Source of the DNA: Coraliomargaritaceae bacterium
Lineage (GTDB): Bacteria; Verrucomicrobiota; Verrucomicrobiia; Opitutales; Coraliomargaritaceae
Length of the DNA stretch: 64,000 nucleotides
NCBI GenBank assembly: GCA_965656495.1
Contig: CBFHKU010000001.1
Location: 146,781 to 210,780 of the forward strand
Reading direction: 5' to 3'
Shown: positions 52,298 through 63,230 of the stretch, in pieces
Numbering within the stretch: the stretch's first letter is position 1
How the letters are laid out: each line of letters opens with the position of its first letter
Notes under the pieces: generated by a model
Told to the model about the DNA's origin: nothing
The model's input: the letters and a program-made list of their open reading frames with translations, nothing else
The model's database searches: none
Program-made: the position numbers and the translations under genes

Positions 52298-55200
52298 ATG
52301 AACACTATGAACGCTGCCTCTACGACAAAATTCTACTTAATTTTATTGGTATCCATCGCTCCCAGTTGCCTCTGGGCGCTGAAGTTTGAGATCCCGAAGG
52401 AACTTCGCGAGGAGGTAGCCGAGCAAAAGGCGGCCGAAGCCGCGGAGCTGGAGGCAGAGGTTGAAGCCCTGCAGTCGGGTGAGGCGGACGCCGTTGAGCC
52501 CGCTGAAGCAACCATGGAATTTGTGGTGGAAGCCCCTGCAGATGAAGCGGAGGCAGTCGACGCCGCACCAGCTGAGGTCGAGAGCGTCGAGGCCGCACCA
52601 GCGGAAGCCGCACCGGAAGAAGCCGCAGCCGTGGGTCGCATCGCGGGGCAGGTATTTGACAAAGAGACCGGCCAGCCCCTGCGTGGCGTTGCAATTGTGG
52701 TGGCCGACACCGACTTTGGAACTATCACGGACTCGCAGGGTCGCTATCGTTTGTCTGAAATTCCGGTCGGAAATTACACCTTGAACTTCATTAAGAGCGG
52801 TTTTCTTGAAGCGAACATTACCGACACGGTGGTTGTCGCCGGGGAGGTGAAGCAACTGGACTTTGCGATGCCGCCCCGCCCGGTGGATATGTCGGACGAG
52901 GTCTATGAACTACAGGACTTTACAGTGAGCGCCGATGAAGTAGTCAGTCAGAATGTGGCACTGCTCGCCTTGCGCCAGCAGTCGATCGCCTCGATTGACG
53001 CGCTGAGCTCAGAGGATTTTTCAAAGTTTGCAGCCAGCGATGTGGCGGAAGCGGTCACAAAAATGAGTGGGGCATCTTTGAGTGACGGCAAATACGTCGT
53101 AATGCGGGGGTTGAATGACCGCTACAACACGGTGCTCATCAATGGGGTGCGCTTGCCAAGCCCGGATCCCGACCGCAAAGCGATCGCATTGGATATTTTT
53201 CCCACAAGTATGATTCGTAGTGTAATAGCGCGAAAGACCTACACCTCAGACTTGCCTGGCGACTCTTCGGGTGGCTCAGTGGAGTTGCTGACAAAATCAA
53301 TTCCTGAGGAATCATTCTTTAAATTGTCGTACGGGATCGGCCGACAAGAGTCAAAAGGTGCAAGCAGTACTTTTCTGGCAGATCCGGAACAGGTTGATTT
53401 GGAGGGTTGGTTGAAAGGAGAGGACACGCGCGGATATTCCAATGCTGGGAGAAGCCTCATATCCGGCTATGGGCAGTCCGTGAGGGCGGTCAATTTCCCA
53501 TCGATGATTCCAATTGAAAGAAAACTACCCAATTGGGGTGATCGCAGTCTAAGCTTTTCGATGGGAGGATCCAAGGCATTGAATAACCAAGTCACTGCAG
53601 GTGCGATTTTTGGCACGAAAATTTCCACTAAGAGACGCTCCTCCTTCAAGGAATTTCACAAGAGTGTTATCAAGGACGGCCTGTTGGAACCGGACGTTTT
53701 TGCCTATAAAGAGGATGGTAAGGGGACGTTGAAGTCGGAGGAGGAATACAGCTACTCAACCCTCCTTGGTTTTGGTTTTGGGATCTCGGACCACACGAAT
53801 CTAAATTACAACTTTCTGCACACCAAAACTTTAAGCTCTACGGTCGAACGATCCGATTATGAAAAGTTATATACCAGTGAGCCTGTATTTGGCAACGGAC
53901 CCGGCAATTATGACTTAATAGATGTGGAACTTGCCAGCGAAGACCGGGAGTTGCGGGCACATCAGTTTTCCGGGGAGCACAAGTTTACTTTGGTGCGAGG
54001 TATCGAGTCGGATCTCAATTGGTACCACACGAAGGCTTTTATGGGGCAACTCGAGCCCGACCGCCGGATTATCGGAGAATTCATACCGACCCAATCCGCA
54101 GTAAATCCCGGTGACGCCGGGTTCAGTACCGACCCTGGCTTGCCGCCTGTGGCGCGCTTTCAACGCGAGACGCAACAAAACAGCATTATGTTTGGTGGGC
54201 AAGTAGAAAGCAGTGCTCGTGTAGGAGCTTGGACACTGAATTGGTCATTGGGTTTCGACTCAGAAGAATCCAGTCGTGATTTCCTGCAATTGGAATCGCT
54301 CATCGATGACAACAAAGTTTCTATCTACGATCAGGACTTCAGTAAGCTTCAATACGCCGCGATGCCAGTTGCTCAAATCTCAGCCTCGGGTCAGGCTTAT
54401 CAGATCAGCACCGGAGCGGGTGCCCTCCCTGGAGATACTTATGAAAACAGTGGACTGGAGTGGTATGCTGATGATTTTACCGAGGCCGATCAACTCATCC
54501 GTCATTTGTACACTGAAAATATCGCAAATATACAACCGGAAATTGATACTCTTCAGCTGGCGATAACGGGGCTCACGAATCAATACAACGCTGCTGTAGA
54601 CAATTTTGACACGAAAATTGACTTCTTGGACTTAAGATTACAGCGATACGAGCCAACATTGAATGTGAATCAGTTTGATCCGTCGGATCCTAGTTATGAC
54701 CCTTCCTTGAAGGATTCTGTGGATCCCTCGGTAAGAACTGCCGCCATTTCACTGGAACAGGCACATAGTACATTGTTGGGTGCCCAAAATGCTTTAAATT
54801 CCGATCCTGCTGTTTTGAAAGAGTCCGCACTAAAGCAGGACAAGACAAGCCTTGAGACTGAGCTGGCGAACTACGTTACGGAAGCGGACAATTTTCTGGC
54901 ATTAATCTCCCAAGCTCCTGCTCTGGCGATTGATCCCACGCAATTCCCAACATTCAACTTATTTGGAGATGAGCAATACATCCTCGAAACGCCGGCGGGC
55001 TTCACTTTGCACGGCGACAGTTCCCCGACGGTAAACACGCTGCAGTTTCCTTTGGTTGACGGTAAATTTCAGGCAAGGGGTATTGAAGAGGTGCGCAGTT
55101 TTTTCGCCTCGGGTGATATTAAGCGGGAAGATGTCCTGTTTTTTGACAGCATCCGTTTCGCCCTCGGCTTGCGCCAAGAGAGTAATTACCTCAATTACGA

Positions 55201-56377
55201 ATTGCTGGAAAATGATCCCGGGGAGCCAAACCCGGTATCGCGGGTGGGCGGCGGTACCTCGCCTAAGGTGGTCGCTGCCAAACCCATTGAGCAGGACGAT
55301 CAGCAATACTATTTTAATTTTTCATTTGAACTTCTCGAGAACCTGAAGCTCTCTGTTTCACACTCAAAAACCATTGCCAAGCCCACTTTTCGGGAAATTG
55401 CTCCCTTCCCGATCTTTAATTTGAGTGATCGCAGTTTTGAGATTGGCAATTCCGGTCTGACCCTGCGTTCGGATGGACAATACGATGATTGGTTGAATCG
55501 TACCGGGGATTTTGACCCCATCAGTGCCCCGCTTGGGGACGCTGATCCCTCGGTTCAAAAGCGCTTTGTTTTGCCTCTGGACTTTGCCGGTCTTGAAATT
55601 ACGGATGTTGAGAGTCATGACTTGCGCCTCGAGTTCTTTACGCCCCTCGACGGGCTGGTTTCAGTCGGTTACTTCAAAAAGACTATCGAAGCGCCTATTG
55701 AGCGGACTTTTGCCTATGATGTGAATGGTGTCCCGGTCAATACATTCATTAACAACAATAACGATGCCAGTCTCAACGGCGTGGAGTTTGAGCTTCAGCA
55801 AAACCTTGGATTTTTGGAGGAACATTTAATGTTTATTGCACCGCTTTCGTGGATTACTTTGGGTGGTAATTATACGCTGATTGATGCCGAAGTTGAGCGC
55901 TCAGACTTTGAGAAATCAGGTCTCACTTCCAGTAACGCTTTTGTCAACAACCTCATTGACCCGAAAGTCTTTACGGAGGGGAGTTACTCAATCAGGCCTC
56001 TGTATGACCAACCGGAATACACTGCCAACGCATTCATCAAATTCGATATTGAGCCAACCGGAACTAGCCTGACGTTATCTCAAAATTGGATAGGACGCCA
56101 ATTGGATCGGGTTGGCGGTCTTGACTCAGCAGGGAAAGGTGCGCCTGATTTATTTTGGGATCCTTTTAACTCCCTGAATTTTGTACTCGAACAAAAGCTT
56201 CGCGAGCACTGGAAGCTTCGTTTAAGTATAAAAAATCTAGGATCACCCACCCGGAAAATGTCGGAAAATGAGGACTTTTTCGATGCCCTCAATGTCGCTG
56301 AGGCGGATCGGCCTCCATTTCGGAGCAGTGTCTCCATTGATCCGAGTTACTCCATTACTTTATCGGGCTCATTTTAG
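52298..56377 (+). CDS. TonB-dependent receptor with carboxypeptidase-regulatory-like domain
   Basis: Signal peptide, GQVFDKETGQPL...TDSQGRY, plug RGLNDRYN.VLINGV.LPSPDP, AKPTFREIAP, terminal Phe. Confidence 0.92.
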   Translation: MNTMNAASTTKFYLILLVSIAPSCLWALKFEIPKELREEVAEQKAAEAAELEAEVEALQSGEADAVEPAEATMEFVVEAPADEAEAVDAAPAEVESVEAAPAEAAPEEAAAVGRIAGQVFDKETGQPLRGVAIVVADTDFGTITDSQGRYRLSEIPVGNYTLNFIKSGFLEANITDTVVVAGEVKQLDFAMPPRPVDMSDEVYELQDFTVSADEVVSQNVALLALRQQSIASIDALSSEDFSKFAASDVAEAVTKMSGASLSDGKYVVMRGLNDRYNTVLINGVRLPSPDPDRKAIALDIFPTSMIRSVIARKTYTSDLPGDSSGGSVELLTKSIPEESFFKLSYGIGRQESKGASSTFLADPEQVDLEGWLKGEDTRGYSNAGRSLISGYGQSVRAVNFPSMIPIERKLPNWGDRSLSFSMGGSKALNNQVTAGAIFGTKISTKRRSSFKEFHKSVIKDGLLEPDVFAYKEDGKGTLKSEEEYSYSTLLGFGFGISDHTNLNYNFLHTKTLSSTVERSDYEKLYTSEPVFGNGPGNYDLIDVELASEDRELRAHQFSGEHKFTLVRGIESDLNWYHTKAFMGQLEPDRRIIGEFIPTQSAVNPGDAGFSTDPGLPPVARFQRETQQNSIMFGGQVESSARVGAWTLNWSLGFDSEESSRDFLQLESLIDDNKVSIYDQDFSKLQYAAMPVAQISASGQAYQISTGAGALPGDTYENSGLEWYADDFTEADQLIRHLYTENIANIQPEIDTLQLAITGLTNQYNAAVDNFDTKIDFLDLRLQRYEPTLNVNQFDPSDPSYDPSLKDSVDPSVRTAAISLEQAHSTLLGAQNALNSDPAVLKESALKQDKTSLETELANYVTEADNFLALISQAPALAIDPTQFPTFNLFGDEQYILETPAGFTLHGDSSPTVNTLQFPLVDGKFQARGIEEVRSFFASGDIKREDVLFFDSIRFALGLRQESNYLNYELLENDPGEPNPVSRVGGGTSPKVVAAKPIEQDDQQYYFNFSFELLENLKLSVSHSKTIAKPTFREIAPFPIFNLSDRSFEIGNSGLTLRSDGQYDDWLNRTGDFDPISAPLGDADPSVQKRFVLPLDFAGLEITDVESHDLRLEFFTPLDGLVSVGYFKKTIEAPIERTFAYDVNGVPVNTFINNNNDASLNGVEFELQQNLGFLEEHLMFIAPLSWITLGGNYTLIDAEVERSDFEKSGLTSSNAFVNNLIDPKVFTEGSYSIRPLYDQPEYTANAFIKFDIEPTGTSLTLSQNWIGRQLDRVGGLDSAGKGAPDLFWDPFNSLNFVLEQKLREHWKLRLSIKNLGSPTRKMSENEDFFDALNVAEADRPPFRSSVSIDPSYSITLSGSF

Positions 56378-56482
56378 TAACATTTTTGTTACATAAAGGA
56401 CGCCGACCCGTGACGTCATTCGCCTATTTTGGGTTTCGATTTGCGATCGCAGATCAATCAAACGTAAATACAAACTACTCAA

Positions 56483-58237
56483 ATGAATAAAATTATAACA
56501 TCCCTAGTTGGTGTTGCTGCAATGGCTTCTGTAGCCTCTGCTGCTATCATCAAAAAGTCCGGTGATATCACCGAGTCCGAAACATGGACCAAAGACAACC
56601 AGTATATTCTAACTGATCTTACCTTCGTTAAAGACGGTGCGGTGCTTACCATTGAGGAAGGTACTATCATTCGTGCTGAGCCCAAGTCTGGTTCATCCGC
56701 TTATGACCCCGGTGCCCTCGTCATCACACGTACTGGTCAAATCGAAGCTGAAGGTACTCCATCCGAACCTATCATCTTCACCACTGCTGTGATCGACCAA
56801 GACCAAGATGGCCAGTATTCTGATGAATCCGTGGATTATGCTTCTGACATCGACTACAGCTCTGCCAACTTCCTTGACTCAGATCCTGCGGGTGATCCGC
56901 TTTCTCCCGGTTTCGGTTTCCTTACCACTGGCACCGGTGACGAGCACGTTGGTGTTGATGAATACCGCGGTCTTTGGGGTGGTGTGATCATTCTTGGTAA
57001 TGCTCCTACCAGCATCATTGAGATCTCTGGCGACACAGTCGTGAATACCAACAAGACTGCTCGTAACGACCTTGATGACATCTTTGAAGGGTTCATCGAA
57101 GGTCTCGATCCGGACGACACCCTTAATGACAACGGTATCTATGGTGGCTCCAATCCTAACGATAGCTCTGGTACTTTTAAGTACGCTTCGATCCGTCACG
57201 GCGGTACAAACATTGCAGCTGACAATGAAATCAATGGTCTTACCATGGGTGGCGTAGGTAACGGTACACTCATCGAATTCGTTGAGGTTTACTGTAATGA
57301 TGACGACGGCTTCGAATGGTTCGGTGGTACAGCTAACTCCCGCTACCTTGTTTCCCTTTACAACAATGACGACTCTTTCGACATTGACGAAGGTTTCACT
57401 GGTCTCGGCCAATTCTGGTTCTCCCTCCAGCTCAACGACGATGCCAATGGTGACCACGGTGGTGAGCACGACGCCACACACGGCGCTTTCGACTCCATCG
57501 ACGTTGCTTTCCTCAACGGTACCGACGTACTCGCTGCCGGTGTAGGTTACTTCACCGATGACAATGACGCAACGGGTGACGGTTACAATGGTCAATCAGA
57601 TCGTACTGGTTCTGGTATTTATGCTAACTACATTAATGCACAAGACCCAGATGCTGAAAAGCGTTACACTGCCGGTTCCGGTGCTGACCAAGGTCTTGGT
57701 CTTCCCATTGCTTATCCCACCATTTTCAACGCCACATATGTTGGTAGCTGGGATGCTGATGAGATGATCAAGTGTGATGACTCCTTTGGTGGTGATTACT
57801 TCAACTCCATCTTTGTTGGAACTGGTAACGATCTCGTTGACGTAAGCAATGACGCCCGCACCCGCGTGGAAGTTGGCGATTGCTCCTACATCAACAATTC
57901 CATCGCTTACGATATCAAGGGTTCTACTGGTGCACTTTCCGGCAGCCAACTCTCCAACTATGGCACCATGCAAACCATCCTCGCAAGCGCTGCAAACAAT
58001 AATGTCCTCGATGGCACCAACCCGTTTGCAACACTTACCAAGGATAACAGTCGCGCCAACGTTGATCCCCGCATTACCGATGCCGCTAATGCCAAGATCA
58101 CACCCGCTCCTGCGACTGCTACCTACTTCATTAGCGCTCCGTACCTCGGTGCCTTCGATCCTTCCCTCAACACCTTCTGGACTGATGGTTGGACCGTATT
58201 CTCCGCCAACTTCGACCTCGACGCTGGTAGCCGCTAA
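56483..58237 (+). CDS. Acidic exported protein (predicted beta-helix type, TBDR-associated)
   Basis: Signal peptide, LTIEEGT, GTPSEPIIFT, WGGVIILG, NEINGLTMGGVG, DDGFEWFGGT. Confidence 0.8.
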   Translation: MNKIITSLVGVAAMASVASAAIIKKSGDITESETWTKDNQYILTDLTFVKDGAVLTIEEGTIIRAEPKSGSSAYDPGALVITRTGQIEAEGTPSEPIIFTTAVIDQDQDGQYSDESVDYASDIDYSSANFLDSDPAGDPLSPGFGFLTTGTGDEHVGVDEYRGLWGGVIILGNAPTSIIEISGDTVVNTNKTARNDLDDIFEGFIEGLDPDDTLNDNGIYGGSNPNDSSGTFKYASIRHGGTNIAADNEINGLTMGGVGNGTLIEFVEVYCNDDDGFEWFGGTANSRYLVSLYNNDDSFDIDEGFTGLGQFWFSLQLNDDANGDHGGEHDATHGAFDSIDVAFLNGTDVLAAGVGYFTDDNDATGDGYNGQSDRTGSGIYANYINAQDPDAEKRYTAGSGADQGLGLPIAYPTIFNATYVGSWDADEMIKCDDSFGGDYFNSIFVGTGNDLVDVSNDARTRVEVGDCSYINNSIAYDIKGSTGALSGSQLSNYGTMQTILASAANNNVLDGTNPFATLTKDNSRANVDPRITDAANAKITPAPATATYFISAPYLGAFDPSLNTFWTDGWTVFSANFDLDAGSR

Positions 58238-58252
58238 TTGCTGAATTCCACA

Positions 58253-58290
58253 GGGGCATCCTCGAAACATTTTGGGGATGCCCCACTTTC
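58253..58290 (+). terminator. Hairpin / weak terminator
   Basis: ggggcatcct...ggggatgcccc followed by actttc. Confidence 0.55.
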
Positions 58291-58319
58291 AACTTCATTC
58301 TTTTAGAATACTTCATAGT

Positions 58320-59165
58320 ATGAAAAAACTTTCTCTCATCGCCCTTACGGGCTCAATCCTCACTGGCACTGCCTTCGCTGATTTGACATCGGGTCAAGTC
58401 TCAGGTGGTTTGCTTGCCGGTTGGGATTTCTCCGGAGTATCCAATGTATCGAATGCGGTAAACGCCTATACAAATGATGTTTCCGGCATTTCTGGCTACA
58501 GTGGCACCATCAACACCAACGGAAGCCTGGGTTCTGACTCTTTGACTCAAATGCCCAGCAGTTCCGCAAATGTTCGTTTTGCTTCACTCGGACGTGCTGT
58601 TTCCATTAGCTCCTTCCGTGGACAAAAAGGTTTCGACCAAAGCTCCACTGTAACTCCTGGTACTGCCGCCTCTGGTCAGGTAGCGCTTAAGCTTAACAGT
58701 GGCTCTGCCTTCTCCTTCACTATCGCACTCAACCAAGCAGCTACGAATGTAGCTGTTGAGTTTGACTGGTTGATGGATGGAGCAGCAAACTTTGGTGATG
58801 GTGATGGCGACTGGCTTGATATTGAATACAGTGCTGGCGGCACTACAGAATCTAACTTTGTTTCTTTGAACAGCACAGATTCTGCAAGTGGAGTTGGTAC
58901 CGACTACTACGCTTTAGTATCAAATGAAGATAGCTGGTCTGTGTCCTCTTCTGGTGTAATCCGTACTGTTGATGACCAAGTTATTGATCTCACCAATGTT
59001 GGAAACGTGAAGTATGTCCGTTTCACCATCGACACTAGTGATATCGGTTCTAGTCTATATCTTGACAATATCTCTGTAACAGGTGTGGTTCCAGAACCAT
59101 CAACCTATGCGTTGCTTGCAGGTGTTATCGCTCTTTCCTTCTGTATCGTACGCAGAAAGAAATAA
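58320..59165 (+). CDS. PEP-CTERM sorting domain protein
   Basis: Signal peptide; C-terminal VPEPSTYALLAG + TM + RRKK. Confidence 0.92.
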   Translation: MKKLSLIALTGSILTGTAFADLTSGQVSGGLLAGWDFSGVSNVSNAVNAYTNDVSGISGYSGTINTNGSLGSDSLTQMPSSSANVRFASLGRAVSISSFRGQKGFDQSSTVTPGTAASGQVALKLNSGSAFSFTIALNQAATNVAVEFDWLMDGAANFGDGDGDWLDIEYSAGGTTESNFVSLNSTDSASGVGTDYYALVSNEDSWSVSSSGVIRTVDDQVIDLTNVGNVKYVRFTIDTSDIGSSLYLDNISVTGVVPEPSTYALLAGVIALSFCIVRRKK

Positions 59166-59224
59166 TTAAAATAAATCTTGACCACAACTGGCTTTAAGCC
59201 AGTTGTGGTCATTACCTTATAAAA

Positions 59225-60088
59225 ATGAAAACTAAAATATTTGCTCTAAGTTTCTTAATTTCTTCAACAACTGCTTTTGCCGACCTGACCAGTGCTGCAA
59301 TCGCAGGCGATTTAATTGCAGGGTTTGATTTTTCGGAAATCGGCTCTGTGTCAAATGATGTGGATGGCTTTGCTTCCTCCAGTGATGGACTAGGTAGTGA
59401 TATTGCTACAATCTACACCGATGGTACATTTGGTTCTAATTCATTTAATCAAGTTAGTGATGGTAGCGCTCAGGTTCGCTTCGCAACCTTTGGTCGTGCT
59501 GCACGGACAGGAACTTATCGCTTTGACAAAGGCTTCGACACTACCACTGATGCGACACCTGGCGGTGCTGCAACTGGTCAAAACAGTCTGTTATTCAAAA
59601 ATCTCGCTTCAACTACTTCATTTGTGATTGGACTCAATCAAGGCGTAGACAATACCAAGGACCTAGTCATAGAGTTTGATTATATGACCAAAAATGTTGC
59701 TGGTTTTGATTTGTTCGACATCTATTACAGTGCAGATGGTTCATCTTACACTGAACTCGTTCCGAGTAGCGTGGGAAACAGATTTGGCGATGGTCCAGAA
59801 TACACTTTGTTCCCTCCCAGTGCTGACAATACTTGGGCAACTACTTCTTCTGGTAATCGTTTTTATGATGATTTGGATGGACAAGACACCGGTGTAATTA
59901 CCATAGAACAAGAGGATTTTACTACTATTAAGTACGTAAGATTCGATCTTCTTGCCACAAACACTTCAGAAGAATTTTATCTTGATAATATCTCCATCAC
60001 TGGATCTCAGGTGCCGGAAGCATCGACTTATGCGCTCATCGCCGGTGCACTTGCACTTGGATTTGCTGTAATTCGTCGCCGTAAATAA
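59225..60088 (+). CDS. PEP-CTERM sorting domain protein (paralog)
   Basis: Signal peptide; VPEASTYALIAG + TM + RRRK. Confidence 0.9.
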   Translation: MKTKIFALSFLISSTTAFADLTSAAIAGDLIAGFDFSEIGSVSNDVDGFASSSDGLGSDIATIYTDGTFGSNSFNQVSDGSAQVRFATFGRAARTGTYRFDKGFDTTTDATPGGAATGQNSLLFKNLASTTSFVIGLNQGVDNTKDLVIEFDYMTKNVAGFDLFDIYYSADGSSYTELVPSSVGNRFGDGPEYTLFPPSADNTWATTSSGNRFYDDLDGQDTGVITIEQEDFTTIKYVRFDLLATNTSEEFYLDNISITGSQVPEASTYALIAGALALGFAVIRRRK

Positions 60089-60109
60089 GTATAGTAATGC
60101 TTTTTCTGA

Positions 60110-60141
60110 AGTCGACAGGCGATATGCCTGTCGGCTTTTTT
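60110..60141 (+). terminator. Intrinsic terminator
   Basis: gtcgacaggc-gatat-gcctgtcggc followed by a T-run. Confidence 0.8.
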
Positions 60142-60168
60142 GTCTAAAAATACAAAAGCTGGAATTGG

Positions 60169-62331
60169 ATGTTAGTCATAATAAATATGATTCGTAGTGG
60201 GCTTTTCATTCTATTGGGAGCATGTTTTTTTGCATTGGGTACATATCATGTTGTCCAATCACATCCATCCTTCAATTTTTGGGGAGTTGCCTTTGCGCTG
60301 CTTTGCTTGGCCGATTTTGCGATAAAAAGTCGTGCACGTTTACAAATCAGTTTGCCGGTTTTCTTAATTACCCTCGCTTATTGCATTACGCTTGGGACCA
60401 GTATTTTTTCAACCGACAACTACGAGAGCGCTTCCTATTCTTGGCAATATCTCTCGGTTTTGACTCTACTATTGGTTTGGTCGCAACCGGGGTTTAATTT
60501 TGGATACAGGCATGTAGTCAATTTTTTTAAGGCCCTGATATTTGTCTTTAGCCTATATTTATTAAGCCATCACTGTTTTGGTCTTAAATTTGGTTGGGGC
60601 TATCTTTGGTTAGGGGATCGTCTCATCCTAACTTTTGGAAATGCCAATTATCTGGCATCTTTTTTGGTGCTTACTTTGCCCTTACTTGTAGTTGAGGCGA
60701 ACCGATATCGTGTGAGCGACAAGGCATCATTCTTCATGGTGCTACTGCAATGGTTTTTTCCGGTAGCAAACTATCTCATGCTCTTGATGACAGGCTCGCG
60801 GAACGGTATAATGGTAGGTAGCTTTGTCTTGGTCTTGAGTTATCTCGGCTGTGAAAGGATTCGCTCAGGCAAATGGATTAGCCTGAAGGCCGTGGCTGCT
60901 TTATTTTTAATGATCATGACTGCGGGAACCTGGATGGCAGTTAGTAAATTTCAGGTACTTGACAAATTCATGTTATTGTTAAGCGGAGGAGGAAACAGTG
61001 CTTTTGGGCGCTTATCGATTTGGCAGGTAACTCTTGAAAAGGTTAGCAGCAGTCTTTCGAGCTTCCTTTTTGGTAGTGGCTTTGGCGCCCTGTATCCACT
61101 GAGTATGAGCTATAAGAGCGAAAACCTTCGCTACGACCTGGATGCCAGCGGATATCGTCATTGCCACTCAGAATACCTGGAAATCCTTTTGGAGGGAGGC
61201 GTTCTAAGCTTAGGCCTAATCCTATGCGCCATCGGCTTTTTCATTTGGACTTTCTATCGACAGCTTAGCAATTTAAAGGACGAGGAGGTGCACTACACCT
61301 TTCTGGCGCTGGCAGTCAGTCTTTTGGGTATAGCGCTCTTTGCGATGGTAACAGTTGCCTTGCGCTATATGGTGGTCTTAGTGCCCCTGGCTGTTTGTGC
61401 GGGGCTATATCTGGCAGGAATGGCACCCGCCTTTAAATTTGGCAAAAAATTATCTTTGATTTTGGTGGGGACTCTCTTGGTGCTCAATTTTTTCAGCCTT
61501 AAGGACAAGTATAATCACTATCGTTCAGACCTTTACCTTTATGATCACATTCTGGCTAACAGAAAGTTTGTCGCCGGAGTGGATGCATATTTGGAAAACC
61601 ACATAGATGATAGTCAGCAAATGACCAAGCCTCAGTCTCTGCGTGATCAAGAGGAAGTTTCTATTGAGTTTATCCGGAAGGCAATCCGGCAAAGCCCTGA
61701 GCGAATCGAACCCTATTACCATCTAATGCTGGCTTCTGCTTCTGCCGGAGAGTCCTTCCGTATGCAGGAAGTAGAAAAGACCTATGAAAAAATCGAGTCT
61801 TTGATTCCGTTCTTTAAAAACAACGCCACAATCTATGCGTACTTCCTTGCTAAAACAGGCGATTTTCAGGGTGCTCTATCAGTCATGGAATCTTTTTGTG
61901 AGCGTCGTTATTACAACATGGATTACCTCAGTGAGCTAATGTTTTATCAGAATCTGTGCGGCGATAAAGATGGATTATTAGAAACCTGCCAGGAGATGAT
62001 TTACCGAGTTGGTAAAGCTGAGTTAACCCGCCCGGGGACACATATTAAAGCAGTTACGAAAGCAGCGAATTATAATGTTATCTTCCACGTCTCTAAAGGA
62101 GAGAATACACAAGTGGCGCGACCCATCGCGATAAATGCCAAAAAGTTCGCACTAGGTATGCCTCCGAAGGTACTTTATAACCGGACCAAGTGTAGGGATT
62201 TCTGCGTGGCGGCATTGCAACGAGTGCTGAGCGATTATGTGGAAGTCTCTGGGGAGCCACGCTTTACTCACGCCCTCCGCTCGATTAATCAGGATTTTGT
62301 CCATCAGTTGCTTACCGGACAATTAAGGTAG
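60169..62331 (+). CDS. O-antigen ligase (Wzy_C) family protein with C-terminal TPR-like region
   Basis: Many TM segments; TFGNANYLA, TGSR, GRLSIW, GSGFG, HCHSEYL. Confidence 0.85.
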   Translation: MLVIINMIRSGLFILLGACFFALGTYHVVQSHPSFNFWGVAFALLCLADFAIKSRARLQISLPVFLITLAYCITLGTSIFSTDNYESASYSWQYLSVLTLLLVWSQPGFNFGYRHVVNFFKALIFVFSLYLLSHHCFGLKFGWGYLWLGDRLILTFGNANYLASFLVLTLPLLVVEANRYRVSDKASFFMVLLQWFFPVANYLMLLMTGSRNGIMVGSFVLVLSYLGCERIRSGKWISLKAVAALFLMIMTAGTWMAVSKFQVLDKFMLLLSGGGNSAFGRLSIWQVTLEKVSSSLSSFLFGSGFGALYPLSMSYKSENLRYDLDASGYRHCHSEYLEILLEGGVLSLGLILCAIGFFIWTFYRQLSNLKDEEVHYTFLALAVSLLGIALFAMVTVALRYMVVLVPLAVCAGLYLAGMAPAFKFGKKLSLILVGTLLVLNFFSLKDKYNHYRSDLYLYDHILANRKFVAGVDAYLENHIDDSQQMTKPQSLRDQEEVSIEFIRKAIRQSPERIEPYYHLMLASASAGESFRMQEVEKTYEKIESLIPFFKNNATIYAYFLAKTGDFQGALSVMESFCERRYYNMDYLSELMFYQNLCGDKDGLLETCQEMIYRVGKAELTRPGTHIKAVTKAANYNVIFHVSKGENTQVARPIAINAKKFALGMPPKVLYNRTKCRDFCVAALQRVLSDYVEVSGEPRFTHALRSINQDFVHQLLTGQLR

Positions 62332-63228
62332 GGAAGCGTCTGTGGCGTCATCTGCCGTTTCGGGCAAAGTTGACATTTCGCGGGGCTTATAAGACCAATC
62401 AATGCCAAGCTCGCGCAGTGCCGTCTCAAGTTCCAGCGCCAGGCTTGCCTCCTCAGAAATGTCATCACGGCGGCCAAGGATTTTTCCTTCAGAATCAACC
62501 AGAACAAGGCTGGTGGCATCATTCGTGCGGTGAGCAAGACTCTCAATATATCCGGCGCAGAGATAGGGCGCAATGAAAGGAACCGGCAGTATGACGGTGT
62601 AGGCAAAATCGTAGTACATTTTGCTTTTAGGAAGAATGACGCACTTGATTTGGGGAATCTGGATTAAAAGTTGGAAATGTGCGCGGCCCAGATCCAAGAG
62701 CTGGGAGGCAGTTGCTTCGGTATAATCACCCAAGTAAACCAAGGCGTAAAGGCGGGTATCGACCATTTGCTCTAATTTCACCGGACCGACTCCATGAGGA
62801 GGTCCAAAAGCCATGAGTTTGTTGCCGATTTGTGCGGTGAGATTTGGATGCTCTTTCCGTGCCTCTCCCTTTAACAGATCCATTACTTGCATGTAAAAGT
62901 TGGTTTTTTCCGGAGATATGGTGCGGACTCCAAACCTGCCGAAGTCAACCACCAGATGCCTGCCTTCGCAGCGTTGTAGAACGCCCCGGACATTAGTCGG
63001 AACTTTTTCTCCTGTTCTGAAACAGGCGGTGTCAGCTTCGACTGAAATATAAGTGGGCCACAGGATGGATGGGATTCTCTCGATTAAGTTCTTATGGGGA
63101 TCAAAAATTGAAGGCGGAAGGATGGGGCTGGTGTCGGAATTTGCCAAGGTTTCGGCAGCGATAGAAGGCGATGCCGAGATGGCGACAATTAGTAAACCGA
63201 TAGCTAGATGCTTTAGGCCAAGAATCAT
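62323..63228 (-). CDS. Exported hypothetical protein
   Basis: Signal peptide; LVLVDSEGKIL suggests a thioredoxin-like C-terminus without CxxC. Confidence 0.6.
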   Translation of the reverse strand: MILGLKHLAIGLLIVAISASPSIAAETLANSDTSPILPPSIFDPHKNLIERIPSILWPTYISVEADTACFRTGEKVPTNVRGVLQRCEGRHLVVDFGRFGVRTISPEKTNFYMQVMDLLKGEARKEHPNLTAQIGNKLMAFGPPHGVGPVKLEQMVDTRLYALVYLGDYTEATASQLLDLGRAHFQLLIQIPQIKCVILPKSKMYYDFAYTVILPVPFIAPYLCAGYIESLAHRTNDATSLVLVDSEGKILGRRDDISEEASLALELETALRELGIDWSYKPREMSTLPETADDATDASLP

Positions 63229-63230
63229 TT

